In this document: piece after piece, positions 47,550-56,937 of the stretch | How the letters are laid out: each line of letters begins with the position of its first letter | How positions within the stretch are numbered: the first letter of the stretch is position 1 | Source of the DNA: Haloferacaceae archaeon | GTDB lineage: Archaea; Halobacteriota; Halobacteria; Halobacteriales; Haloferacaceae | Length of the DNA stretch: 64,000 nucleotides | Reading direction: 5' to 3' | NCBI GenBank assembly: GCA_963715525.1 | Contig: OY970248.1 | Coordinates: 1,272,320-1,336,319, forward strand | Notes under the pieces: generated by a model | Database searches by the model: none | What the model was told of the DNA's origin: nothing | What the model saw: the letters and a program-made list of their open reading frames with translations, nothing else | Position numbers and translations under genes: made by a program

Positions 47550-48161
47550 ATGTATAATCTCGGTTCCGAGTTCGGGTCGACGGTCGGCCCCGGGACGAAC
47601 ATTCTCGTCACTGGCCCACCGCTGAGCGGGAAACGATCCGTCTCCCTCGACATCCTCGCCGAAGGGACTCGTAGCGGCGAGGGGGCCATCGTCGTGACGA
47701 CCAAAGATAGTGGTCGACGGGTGTTCGACGAGTACGCCCGCCGTGTCGACTACGTGGAAAAGCCGGTCGCCGTCGTCGACTGCGTCACCCGCCAGCAGGG
47801 CGTCAACGACGTTCAGGACGACGACCGAATCAAGTACACGTCGTCTCCGATCGACATGACCGGAATCGGGATCAAATTCTCCGAGTTCCTCCAAGGATTC
47901 TACGCCGGTCGCGGTATCGAGCGGAATCGGGTTCTGATGCACTCGCTCTCGACGCTCCTGATGTACTCGAACCTCCAGACTGTCTTTCGATTCCTCCACG
48001 TCTTCACCGGGCGCGTCCAGAGCGTCGACGGACTCGGGCTCTTCTGTATCGACTCGAGTGCTCACGACGACCAGACGATGAACACGCTGAAGCAACTGTT
48101 CGACGGTGTTCTCGAGACGTTCGACGACGGCGAACCGAAGCTCCGCGTCGCCGAAATCTGA
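47550..48161 (+). CDS. RecA-superfamily ATPase, KaiC/RAD55-like single domain
   Basis: ILVTGPPLSGKRS Walker A; KaiC-like fold length (~200 aa). Confidence 0.6.
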   Translation: MYNLGSEFGSTVGPGTNILVTGPPLSGKRSVSLDILAEGTRSGEGAIVVTTKDSGRRVFDEYARRVDYVEKPVAVVDCVTRQQGVNDVQDDDRIKYTSSPIDMTGIGIKFSEFLQGFYAGRGIERNRVLMHSLSTLLMYSNLQTVFRFLHVFTGRVQSVDGLGLFCIDSSAHDDQTMNTLKQLFDGVLETFDDGEPKLRVAEI

Positions 48162-48248
48162 CCGGCGCTCGAATCGGACTCCTGCTCCGTGTGAATCCGT
48201 TTCGCCGCCGCGTGAATCCTTTTGCCTGCGGCGATCGTATGACGCGAT

Positions 48249-48677
48249 ATGACGCAGACCGATGACGAGACGATGCAGGAACTGCTCGAACTACGCACGG
48301 TAGCGGTCATCGGATGTTCGTCGACGGCTGGGAAGGACGCCCACGAGATTCCGGCGTACCTTCGGAGTCACGGTTACGACGTCATCCCAGTCAACCCTTA
48401 TGCGGACGAGATCTTCGGGCGGACAGCGTACGACACCATCGCCGACGTCGAAGAGGAAGTCGACCTCGTCAACGTCTTCCGGCCGAGTAAAGAGGTTCCG
48501 GGCATCGTCGAGACGGTCATCGAGCGAAAGTACGAGCGCGGCGACGTACAGGGGATCTGGTTACAACTCGGCATTCGAGACGACGGGGCGGCCGCCCGCG
48601 CCGAAGAGGCGGGGATTCGAGTCGTCCAAGACCGATGTATGAAGGTAGAGCACAAACGGTCGATGGGCGGTGAGTGA
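48249..48677 (+). CDS. CoA-binding domain protein (YccU-like)
   Basis: TVAVIGCSSTAGKDAHEI ... VIPVNPY ... VDLVNVFRP matches the CoA_binding_2 pattern. Confidence 0.75.
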   Translation: MTQTDDETMQELLELRTVAVIGCSSTAGKDAHEIPAYLRSHGYDVIPVNPYADEIFGRTAYDTIADVEEEVDLVNVFRPSKEVPGIVETVIERKYERGDVQGIWLQLGIRDDGAAARAEEAGIRVVQDRCMKVEHKRSMGGE

Positions 48678-48745
48678 TCGCGCCGCCGAACGGTCGCACT
48701 GCCGAATGATCGCGCCACCGACTCGAATCGGGATGCCCGAGTCCC

Positions 48746-49723
48746 TTATTCGTCCCACTGCTCGAACGAGTTGTATATGCCCTTCGAGAGGTATCGCTCG
48801 CTGGAATCCGGGAAGACCGTGACGACGGAATCGTACGGCGCGTCGAGTTCGCCGTCGTGAATTCGCCGGGCCACGTCGCGTGCAACCAGCGAGTTCGCTG
48901 CCGAACTCGACGCGACCAGGTGACCTTCCTCGGCCGCGAGGCGCTTGATCTCCCCGTGAATCCGCCGGTCCGAGACTTGGACGATGTCGTCGACGATGTC
49001 CGGTTCGAACAGTTCGTTCGTCGAGGGGTCGTGTGTACCGATCCCTTCCGTCTTGTAGGCGCTCTCTTCGACGTCGCGGCCTTTGGTACGCGAATAGAGC
49101 GATCCTTCGGGTTCGACGGCGACGACGATCGTGTCGGGGTGTCGCTCTCGTCCGTATTTCGCCATCCCCATGAGCGTCCCGGCGGTACCACAACCGGCGA
49201 CGATCGCACCGACTTCGTCGTCGAGGGCGTCGTAAATCTCCGGTCCGGTCGTCTCGTAGTGTGACTCGACGTTCAGGGGATTCGAGAACTGCTGCGGGAC
49301 GACGCCGTCGAGTTCGTCGGCGAGTTCGTGAGCGCGCTCGATCGCGCCGCCCATCCCGTCCTCGCTCGGGGTGTTGATAACGTCGGCACCGAGCGCCCGC
49401 ATGAGCTGTTGTTTCTCGACGCTGAACCGTTCCGGAACGACGAACACGGCACGAACGTCTAGTTGTCCGGCGGCGACGGCGAATCCGATCCCGGTGTTCC
49501 CGGCGGTCGGTTCGATAACGGTCCCGCCGGGTTCGAGCGTCCCGTCGTCGAGCATCGCTTCGAGCATGTACCGTCCGATGCGGTCTTTGATGCTCGCGCC
49601 GGGATTGAACGACTCGAGCTTCGCATAGACGGGCACGTCGTCCGGTGCGGCGTGAACCTTGACGAGTGGTGTTCGGCCCACCGCCTCCAACACAGAATCG
49701 AGGGGCTCCCGATGGGTGGTCAT
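48746..49723 (-). CDS. cysK: cysteine synthase / PLP-dependent beta-substitution enzyme
   Basis: PLP-lysine motif SFNPGASIKDR; glycine-rich loop TAGNTGIG. Confidence 0.85.
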   Translation of the reverse strand: MTTHREPLDSVLEAVGRTPLVKVHAAPDDVPVYAKLESFNPGASIKDRIGRYMLEAMLDDGTLEPGGTVIEPTAGNTGIGFAVAAGQLDVRAVFVVPERFSVEKQQLMRALGADVINTPSEDGMGGAIERAHELADELDGVVPQQFSNPLNVESHYETTGPEIYDALDDEVGAIVAGCGTAGTLMGMAKYGRERHPDTIVVAVEPEGSLYSRTKGRDVEESAYKTEGIGTHDPSTNELFEPDIVDDIVQVSDRRIHGEIKRLAAEEGHLVASSSAANSLVARDVARRIHDGELDAPYDSVVTVFPDSSERYLSKGIYNSFEQWDE

Positions 49724-49795
49724 CGTGCTGGCAAATGTTGCCCCCGACCCTTAACTTTGTTATCCGCGTTACCGCCTGCCCTCCCATCGACCGCC

Positions 49796-49820
49796 GGCGA
49801 TCCGACAGTAACTCTGTCGG
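49796..49820. promoter_or_regulatory. perfect 10-bp inverted repeat with 5-nt spacer (gatccgacag-taact-ctgtcggatc) upstream of cysK
   Basis: Palindrome located ~75-100 bp upstream of the cysK start on the minus strand. Confidence 0.4.
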
Positions 49821-49822
49821 AT

Positions 49823-49920
49823 CTGCCCGTTAGCGTCGAACTATTTTTTATATCGGCATCGGGTTATCCCGTCAGCGTCGAATTACGCTGTCAGCGTCGA
49901 GTTATTCCGTCGGCGTCGAT
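49823..49920. repeat. four direct copies of GTYRGCGTCGA spaced 42/19/19 bp, in the cysK-upstream / DUF-protein 3' region
   Basis: gttagcgtcgaa, gtcagcgtcgaa, gtcagcgtcgag, gtcggcgtcgat. A ttttttatat tract is adjacent. Confidence 0.4.
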
Positions 49921-50267
49921 TCGGTGGACGACTGCTCGCCGTCCGTCGTGACCTTCGCGGCGTCGTCGCTCGTCGCGGCTTCGCCGGTCGCCTCGGCCCC
50001 CTCGCTCGCTTCGGCTTCGGTGATGTGTGCTTCGGCCGTCGCCGATTCGAGGTCGACGCCCTGTTCTTTCGCGATGGCTTCGAGGATCGAGCGCTGCTCC
50101 ATCACTTCGGCTTCGAGTGCGTCGACGCGGTCCTTGGTCGACTGCACCGTCTCCTGTGTCTCGCGGACCTCGTTGCGAACTTCGTTGAGTCGCTGATAGA
50201 CGTCCTCGGCCATTTCCGCTACTTTCTGGATCTTTCGCGCCGTGCCTCCGAGTCCCATGGGCGACAC
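49902..50267 (-). CDS. conserved coiled-coil acidic protein
   Basis: EDVYQRLNEVRNEVRETQETVQSTKDRVDALEAEV coiled-coil segment. Acidic S/T-rich tail. Confidence 0.55.
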   Translation of the reverse strand: MSPMGLGGTARKIQKVAEMAEDVYQRLNEVRNEVRETQETVQSTKDRVDALEAEVMEQRSILEAIAKEQGVDLESATAEAHITEAEASEGAEATGEAATSDDAAKVTTDGEQSSTESTPTE

Positions 50268-50423
50268 CTCGGTCGCCTCCCTTGTGTGCGTTCCGCTTTT
50301 CGGACGGTTGTCATTCTGTTCACACCAAGTGCTCGTCCCGACTCTTCGCGGAAACGATGTCGGCAGTCCCGTCTGTCTGCGTCGATGCGGTGCGCTTTTG
50401 CGGTCTCCGGCGCAGTGTCAGGC

Positions 50424-51209
50424 ATGAGCACGCCGCGCGTGATGCTGACAAACGACGACGGCATCGACTCGGTCGGCTTTCGGGCGCTCTACGACGCCCT
50501 CTCGTCGGTCGCAGATGTCACTGCCGTCGCCCCGGCGGACGACCAGAGCGCCGTCGGCCGCACGATGTCGGCCGAAGTCGACGTAACGGACCACGAGTTG
50601 GGATACGCCGTCCACGGAACGCCCGTCGACTGTACGGTCGTCGGACTCGAAGTGCTCTGCTCGGACGCCGACCTCGTCGTCGCCGGTTGCAACAAGGGTG
50701 CCAACCTCGGCGAGTACGTCCTCGGACGGTCCGGAACTGTCAGTGCGGCCGTCGAAGCCGCGTTCTTCGACGTGCCGTCGATCGCCGTCTCGCTCTACGT
50801 CCCCAGCGGTGGCTCGAACTGGGAGACGCTGGCGGGCGACCCGGCGGACTACCGCGAAGCGACCGACGCCGCGACGTATCTCGTCGAACACGCGTACGGC
50901 TCGGGCGTCTTCGACGAAACGGACTACCTCAACGTCAACGCACCACTCCCCGGCGACGGACCCGCCGAAATCGAGATCACGACCCCGTCACCGACGTATC
51001 TGATGTCCGCTAAACGCCACGAGTCGGAGATCGTTATCCGCGATGGCGTCTGGCGACAGATGCGCGACGGCACGCTTCCAGACGACGAGGGGACAGACCG
51101 CCGTGCCGTCGTCGAGGGTCGGGTGAGCGTTTCACCGCTCACCGCACCGCACACGACACACCGCCACGAGGTGCTGGACGAACTGGCGGCGACGTATCGG
51201 TCCGAGTAG
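50424..51209 (+). CDS. surE: 5'/3'-nucleotidase SurE
   Basis: MLTNDDGIDS N-terminal motif and the GCNKGANLG region. Confidence 0.85.
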   Translation: MSTPRVMLTNDDGIDSVGFRALYDALSSVADVTAVAPADDQSAVGRTMSAEVDVTDHELGYAVHGTPVDCTVVGLEVLCSDADLVVAGCNKGANLGEYVLGRSGTVSAAVEAAFFDVPSIAVSLYVPSGGSNWETLAGDPADYREATDAATYLVEHAYGSGVFDETDYLNVNAPLPGDGPAEIEITTPSPTYLMSAKRHESEIVIRDGVWRQMRDGTLPDDEGTDRRAVVEGRVSVSPLTAPHTTHRHEVLDELAATYRSE

Positions 51210-51312
51210 CGGTCGATTCCGACCGCGACGACGAGATCCACTCGACGCCGAGTGGGACCGTCGATTCTACTGGCTAATCAAGGAATATATCGGAGGAGCG
51301 TATTGCACGACT

Positions 51313-51993
51313 ATGCACCAGACGTTCGTCGACTTACTACAGCACAACGCCGAGCACGCAAGCGAGTTCGAGTCTCGGTTCGACGACGTACAGGACTCTC
51401 AGCGACCCGACGTCGTCACCGTCTGTTGTTCCGATTCTCGGGTTCTCCAGGATCACATCTGGGGGAACGACGAGCCCGGTCAGATCTTCACGTGCAGTAA
51501 CATCGGGAACCGCGTCGTTCAGCGCACCGACAGCGGCGAGGTCGTCTCCGGCGACCTCCTCTACCCGGTCGAACACACGGGAACGGACACCATCGTCGTC
51601 GTCGGCCACACTGGCTGTGGGGCCGTCACCGCGACGTACGACGATCTGACGGACGGCCTGTCCGAACCCGCGGGCATCGAACACTGCATCGGCCTGCTGA
51701 AGCCGCGTCTCGAATCGGGCGTCGAGTCGCTTCCGTCCGACGTGGACCGAACGGAGGCGATCAACCGACTCGTCGAGTACAACGTCGACCGACAGGTCGA
51801 GTTCCTGAGAGAGAGCGACGACATCGCATCCGACGTCGACATCGTCGGTGTGGTCTACGACTTCCAAGACGTATACGCCGGGCGTCGCGGGGAAGTTCAC
51901 GTCATCAACGTCGACGGCGAAACCGACGTCGACGTCCTGCGGGACGAACATCCGGATATCGCCGCGTCGATCGAGCGACTCTGGGCGTACTGA
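51313..51993 (+). CDS. beta-class carbonic anhydrase
   Basis: CCSDSRV (CxDxR) and GHTGCGAV (HxxC) zinc-ligand motifs. Confidence 0.8.
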   Translation: MHQTFVDLLQHNAEHASEFESRFDDVQDSQRPDVVTVCCSDSRVLQDHIWGNDEPGQIFTCSNIGNRVVQRTDSGEVVSGDLLYPVEHTGTDTIVVVGHTGCGAVTATYDDLTDGLSEPAGIEHCIGLLKPRLESGVESLPSDVDRTEAINRLVEYNVDRQVEFLRESDDIASDVDIVGVVYDFQDVYAGRRGEVHVINVDGETDVDVLRDEHPDIAASIERLWAY

Positions 51994-52073
51994 TCGGGCC
52001 GCGATCGGCGACGGGTCGAACTCGGGCGCGCTTCGGACGTGAAAGGTATAACGCACCGAACTCGATTCTCGGT

Positions 52074-52718
52074 GTGCAAGTCACGATCATCGACTACGGG
52101 GTCGGAAATCTCCGAAGTCTCCGGCGTGGACTCGAACGGGCCGACGCGACGGTGGCGATCTCCGACGACCCGACCGACATCGCGACGGCCGACGCGCTCG
52201 TGCTTCCGGGCGTCGGCGCGTTCGGCGAGTGCGTTCGAAACTCGGAACCGTTCCACGACGTGCTCGTCGAGGCGGCGACGGACACGCCCGTCTTCGGCAT
52301 CTGCGTCGGTCTACAACTCTTGTTCTCCGAGAGTACCGAAGGCGTACCGGACGGCGAGACGATCGAGGGGCTGGATCTGATTCCGGGACGGGTCGAACGG
52401 CTCCCGAACGGCGACGTGAAGGTACCCCACATGGGTTGGAACGAACTCAGAGTCGAGCGCGACCACCCGCTCGTCGACGGCATCGACGCCGGCGACTACG
52501 CCTACTTCGTCCATTCGTTCTGCTCTGCGACCGCGACTCACACGGTCGCCTCGTGTGACTACGGGTTCGACTTCGCCGCCGTCGCCGTAAACGAAGCAGG
52601 GAACGTGATGGGAACGCAGTTTCACCCCGAAAAGAGCGGCGAGACCGGACTGAAGATCCTCCGGAACTTCGTCGACTACTCGCGGGCGTATCACGACGGT
52701 CGGCTCCGGGCCGAGTGA
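52074..52718 (+). CDS. hisH: imidazole glycerol phosphate synthase, glutamine amidotransferase subunit HisH
   Basis: Class I GATase: GICVGLQLL (catalytic Cys); HVPHMGWN; FHPEKS (catalytic His/Glu). GTG start. Confidence 0.9.
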   Translation: MQVTIIDYGVGNLRSLRRGLERADATVAISDDPTDIATADALVLPGVGAFGECVRNSEPFHDVLVEAATDTPVFGICVGLQLLFSESTEGVPDGETIEGLDLIPGRVERLPNGDVKVPHMGWNELRVERDHPLVDGIDAGDYAYFVHSFCSATATHTVASCDYGFDFAAVAVNEAGNVMGTQFHPEKSGETGLKILRNFVDYSRAYHDGRLRAE

Positions 52719-52721
52719 GGG

Positions 52722-53513
52722 TCAGTCTGTCCCGGTTTCGGCGGTGAGCACGGCAACGACACGGAGCCGGCGATAATCCGCGATCCACACCCCATCCTCG
52801 AAGTGATCGTCGCGGAGTCGATCTTCGACATCGGAGACGACCTCCCGCTGTTCCTCCTCGGAAAGCGGGGAGAGCAGACTGTCCCCGAACATGTCGAGCC
52901 ACGCGGCCAACCCGTTCGCACCGTCGTCGAGTTCGGTCGGGCGGTCGAAGAGGGTCGCGTAGCGGACCTCGAATCCGTGCGCTTCGAGTTTGGTGGCGTA
53001 CTCGCCGACGCTCGGGAAGTACCACGGATTGTCGAGTTCGTAGCCTCGACTCGCCAACTCGGCCTCAACCGCGTCGACGAGCGAACCGACGTTTCCGATT
53101 CCGCCCAGTTCCGCGACCAATCGCCCGCCGGGTCGCAGCGCGTCGGCGACCGACCGGAGTACGTCGTCCTGTTCGGGTATCCAGTGAAGTGCCGCGTTCG
53201 AGAACACGGCGTCGAACGGATCTTCGAACCCGAAGTCGCGTGCGTCGGCGTGGACGAACCTGTGATCGGGGTAGGTCGCACGGGCGCGTTCGATCATCTC
53301 CTCCGATTGATCGAGTCCGACGACCGTCGCACCGGGTTCGGCGATCTGATCCATCAGGTGACCGGTACCGCACCCGAGGTCCAGGATTCGCTCTCCGGCT
53401 TGCGGGTCTAACAAGCCGACGACGTCCTCTCCGTACTCGAAGACGAACGAGTGCGAGCCGTCGTACGACGTCGTATCCCACTCGTTCGAAGCGCCCTCTG
53501 GTGACTGCGTCAT
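52722..53513 (-). CDS. class I SAM-dependent methyltransferase
   Basis: Motif I ILDLGCGTGHL; post I/II pattern. Start at an internal Met after the Arg-rich leader. Confidence 0.8.
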   Translation of the reverse strand: MTQSPEGASNEWDTTSYDGSHSFVFEYGEDVVGLLDPQAGERILDLGCGTGHLMDQIAEPGATVVGLDQSEEMIERARATYPDHRFVHADARDFGFEDPFDAVFSNAALHWIPEQDDVLRSVADALRPGGRLVAELGGIGNVGSLVDAVEAELASRGYELDNPWYFPSVGEYATKLEAHGFEVRYATLFDRPTELDDGANGLAAWLDMFGDSLLSPLSEEEQREVVSDVEDRLRDDHFEDGVWIADYRRLRVVAVLTAETGTD

Positions 53514-53760
53514 ACTTCGACTCGTCGATGAAGCGACTTCTATCGTTTGGGTAGACAGATCGGACTGGCGGGTCGTCGCTTTCGACGTATCCTCCGATTC
53601 GTGTCCGGTGATGCGTCTAAATTCGGCGCGTCGTTCTCTGCTGATTCGCTCTCTGGACTCGGCGACCGAACACGACACCTCACTGGTGGGCGACGGTGTG
53701 TCGAACCGGCAGAAAGCCCATCTGAGAGAGACACCAACACCGCACGGACTGCCGAGACCG

Positions 53761-54610
53761 ATGATCTGCCCTCACGCCCCCCGCGACGCTCGTCATCACC
53801 GATTTCGAGGACGAGCGACACCGCTTCGACCACTACTGGCCGCGACTTCGAGACAGCGACGTCCCGACACCGGAGACGTTGCTTCTCCCGGTCGTCGACG
53901 GCGACTGGGACACCGAGGCGATTGGCTCGTGGATGGCGGCCCACGAGTACGATCGCGCGTTCGTCCGCACCCAGCACAAGTCGGCGACGCGTCGGTTCCG
54001 CGAGGGGTCGTTCATCCACCGACCCGATCCGGATGTCGCCGACCGAACGATCCGCTCGCTCCTCGGACAGGACCTACAGGACGGGTGACCCACCGGCGAC
54101 GGCCTCGTCGTTCGCGAGTGGCTCGACCTCGACTTCTGTCCGTATCCCGGCCACGACAACTGCCGCCCGGAGATTCGGTACTTCGTCGACGACGGCGAGG
54201 TACTCGGCGAATTCCCGACCATCGAGGGCAGTTCGTTCGTCTGTTCCGGCCCGTACGATCATCTGGAGGAAGTCGTCGAGAAGATCGACCCACGGACGCC
54301 CAGACGACACGCAACGCGCGTTGCTGAGATATTCTCCGAGTACTCGTGGGCCGTCGACTTCGTGATGGATACGCGCGGCGACTGGTACTGTATCGAGATG
54401 AATCTCAACGCCGTTCGCTGGGCGGACGAGATCGACGACTGGGCGGACACCTCCGGTCGGGGGAGTCTCGAACCGTGGAGTCCGCGCGAGATTCAGTCGA
54501 CGGCGATCCGCGGACTCCGCCCCGAGAACCGCGGATCCGAGAGCCACGATCGAGTGCGGTTCACACACCACCCGACCATTGATGAACGGAGGACGCGATC
54601 CACGAGAGAG
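53761..54610 (+). pseudogene. ATP-grasp domain gene, apparently disrupted (frameshift in C6 run 53777-82 and in-frame TGA at 54086-88), reading on in-frame into the next gene
   Basis: Frame-2 translation gives continuous protein-like sequence (LVITDFEDERHRFDHYW ... WAVDFVMDTRGDWYCIEMN, ending in an ATP-grasp E-x-N motif). It has no in-frame start except TTG at 53879. The nearest ATG (53761) is in another frame, 16 nt before a C6 homopolymer. A TGA interrupts at 54086. Confidence 0.45.
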
Positions 54611-55717
54611 ATGAATTCGTTGGAGACCGTCGACGCAGCGACACTGCTCTCGGGGCGAAGCGACTGGATCGGGACCGAGTTGGCGGAGGTGCTCTCACGA
54701 GACCCGCGTGACTCGATCGAAACGGAGTTTCCGCACCACGTCGGTTCGGTCGACTCTCGGGACGACTTCGAGCGACCGACCGAGCAACATCCGGTGTTCT
54801 ACGGCTGTTTCGACTGGCATTCGTCGGTACACAGCCATTGGTGCCTCGTTCGACAACTTCGCCTGTTCGACGGGCATCCCGCTGCCTCCGAAATCGCGAG
54901 CGGTGTCGCGGCACGGCTCACGAGCGAGAACGTCGAACGGGAAGTCGAGTACTTCGAGGCGAACCCGTCCTTCGAGAAACCCTACGGCTGGGCGTGGCTC
55001 TTGCGCCTCGCCGCGGAACTTCGTCTCTGGGAAGACGACCGCGCAGACGAGTGGCGAACGACTCTGAAGCCGCTGGAAGAACAGATCGTGACACTCGTCC
55101 AACGAGAGTTCCTGACCCAGGCGCGTCCGTTCAGAGTCGGCACGCACCAGAACTCCGCGTTCGCCCTGCAGGGCGTCCTCGACTACGCGAGAGTGACAGA
55201 CGACGGTGCGCTCGAATCTGCCGCGATAGAAACGTCGCGAGCCTTCTTCGCGAACGATCGAAACGCCCCCGTCGAGTACGAACCGCTGGGTTGGGACTTC
55301 CTGTCGCCGACGCTAACGGAGGCCGACTTGATGCGACGCGCTCTCGACCGAGACGAGTTCGCGACGTGGCTCGATGCGTTCCTCCCTGACGTGACTGCAT
55401 CACCCTTCGATCGCATCCTCGAACCGATCGAAATCGGTTCGAAACCGGACGAGGGAATCGCGCACCACCTCGTGGGACTGAACCTCGCGAAGGCGTGGAG
55501 TCTGGCAGGGGTCGCGGAGACGCTCGGCGACCATCGGTACGCCGAACCATTCGAGCGGAGCGCCGCGAAACACGCAACGCGTGGCGTCGCGCAGGCGTTC
55601 ACTGACGACTACGCCGGTGCGCACTGGCTGTCCTCGTTCGTCCTCTACCTGCTCACCAGAAACGAGGGTGGAATCTCGCTGGCGAGAGGAGTGAGAGAGT
55701 CAACGAGGCTGTCCTGA
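54611..55717 (+). CDS. DUF2891-like protein
   Basis: 368 aa from MNSLETVD...; FYGCFDWHSSVHSHW and later conserved blocks. Family assignment is tentative. Confidence 0.55.
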   Translation: MNSLETVDAATLLSGRSDWIGTELAEVLSRDPRDSIETEFPHHVGSVDSRDDFERPTEQHPVFYGCFDWHSSVHSHWCLVRQLRLFDGHPAASEIASGVAARLTSENVEREVEYFEANPSFEKPYGWAWLLRLAAELRLWEDDRADEWRTTLKPLEEQIVTLVQREFLTQARPFRVGTHQNSAFALQGVLDYARVTDDGALESAAIETSRAFFANDRNAPVEYEPLGWDFLSPTLTEADLMRRALDRDEFATWLDAFLPDVTASPFDRILEPIEIGSKPDEGIAHHLVGLNLAKAWSLAGVAETLGDHRYAEPFERSAAKHATRGVAQAFTDDYAGAHWLSSFVLYLLTRNEGGISLARGVRESTRLS

Positions 55718-55768
55718 AAGCGGACCGTAGCCGTCGGAACGTCGCCGAGGGACGCCGTCGGAATCGTC

Positions 55769-56311
55769 TCACAGGACGCTCCAGACCACGAGTAATCCGA
55801 ATCCGGCGATGACTGCCCCCGCGAATCGGTTCACCTGCCGCAGGCGGGAGCGGGTGATCCGTGTACCGAACGAACTCACCCCGATGATCAAGACGAGCCA
55901 CCAACACGCAGAGCCGGCGAAGACGCCGACGACCAACGTGACGCGATCGAGGGGCGTCCCCGAAACACCGACGCCCGACCCGGCGAAGAGGCCGACGAAG
56001 GCGACGATCGTCATCGGATTCGCCACCGTCAACAGGAACGTCGAGCCGTAATCGCTGGCGAGTCCCCGCGTACCGGACGTGGGTGTCGTCGTTTCCGTGG
56101 GAGTAGATCGGAGCGCTCGAACGCCGAGAGCGAGCAAGAGGAGGCCGCCACCGACGCGGATTTCGGTCCGGTACTCGAGTAAGAGCGACGAGAGCGCCGT
56201 GAATCCGAACCCTACGATCGACCCGTACACCGCGTCCGCGGACGCCGCTCCGAGTCCGCTCACGAAGCCCGAGCGCCGACCCTTAGCGAGCGTTCGCTGA
56301 ATACAGAGCAC
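55769..56311 (-). CDS. LysE/RhtB family amino-acid exporter
   Basis: LysE signature continues upstream of the first listed start (…ILGFSIAAPIGPIGVLCIQRTL). The open frame extends to 56395 but has no canonical start beyond GTG at 56311. Confidence 0.7.
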   Translation of the reverse strand: MLCIQRTLAKGRRSGFVSGLGAASADAVYGSIVGFGFTALSSLLLEYRTEIRVGGGLLLLALGVRALRSTPTETTTPTSGTRGLASDYGSTFLLTVANPMTIVAFVGLFAGSGVGVSGTPLDRVTLVVGVFAGSACWWLVLIIGVSSFGTRITRSRLRQVNRFAGAVIAGFGLLVVWSVL

Positions 56312-56618
56312 GCCGATCGGACCGATCGGTGCCGCGATCGAAAATCCGAGGATCAGACCTCGAAACAGGATGCCGATTGTCGTCGTTAATACGCATCACC
56401 TCTCGTCACACAGACGTAACTCGTCGCGAAAACCGTTCCGGAGGTGTGCTACGACGGAATCCGCCGTTCCAAACCAATTTGCCGCCGAAGTCGGGAACGA
56501 TCACGATACCCGCAAATCCGGCAGAGAGCGGCCGTGAGGCGCTAATCCGCCGGTCTCGACATCTGCCTCCGCTGTGGGTGGCAGAGCTTTTACAATCGTC
56601 CATACTCACGGGGTTAAT

Positions 56619-56918
56619 ATGGCCCTCGCAGAGCCACTCGATGCGGTGATCGACCGAATCGGGAACGTTCGAGCAGGGACACGGGTTAGCTCCGGCGCAG
56701 TCTTTTCTGACCCGTTCGTGCGCGACCACACGCGCTTCGACTCGTTCGCGGAGTTCTGTGAGCGGAGTCCCTGGTCGCTCAGAGAACCGGATGACATTCG
56801 CGATGTCGACCGGGAACAACTCGACGAGTACGTCGAGGAGACCACGGACTTCGAGACGTGGGACGAGATGGACACGCTGGCCGCCGAAGAGGAGATCATC
56901 GACCAGGTGATGTCCTAG
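56619..56918 (+). CDS. hypothetical acidic protein
   Basis: 99 aa from MALAEPLD...; high GC3; acidic C-terminus. Confidence 0.45.
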   Translation: MALAEPLDAVIDRIGNVRAGTRVSSGAVFSDPFVRDHTRFDSFAEFCERSPWSLREPDDIRDVDREQLDEYVEETTDFETWDEMDTLAAEEEIIDQVMS

Positions 56919-56937
56919 AGATGATCTCCTAACGTCG

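Noticed and set aside
54086-54088. Reading the in-frame TGA as selenocysteine or pyrrolysine-type recoding
   Set aside because: Sec would need SelB/SECIS machinery; none is visible in this window and it would have to be encoded elsewhere in the genome, and the codon is TGA not TAG. A point nonsense mutation or sequencing error is far more parsimonious.
53608-54327. 239-aa frame-1 ORF (MMRLNSARRS...RDARHHRFRGRATPLRPLL...)
   Set aside because: It becomes Arg-rich junk immediately after the C6 run, whereas frame 2 gives clean ATP-grasp-like sequence. At most its first ~55 codons could be the displaced N-terminus of the disrupted gene.
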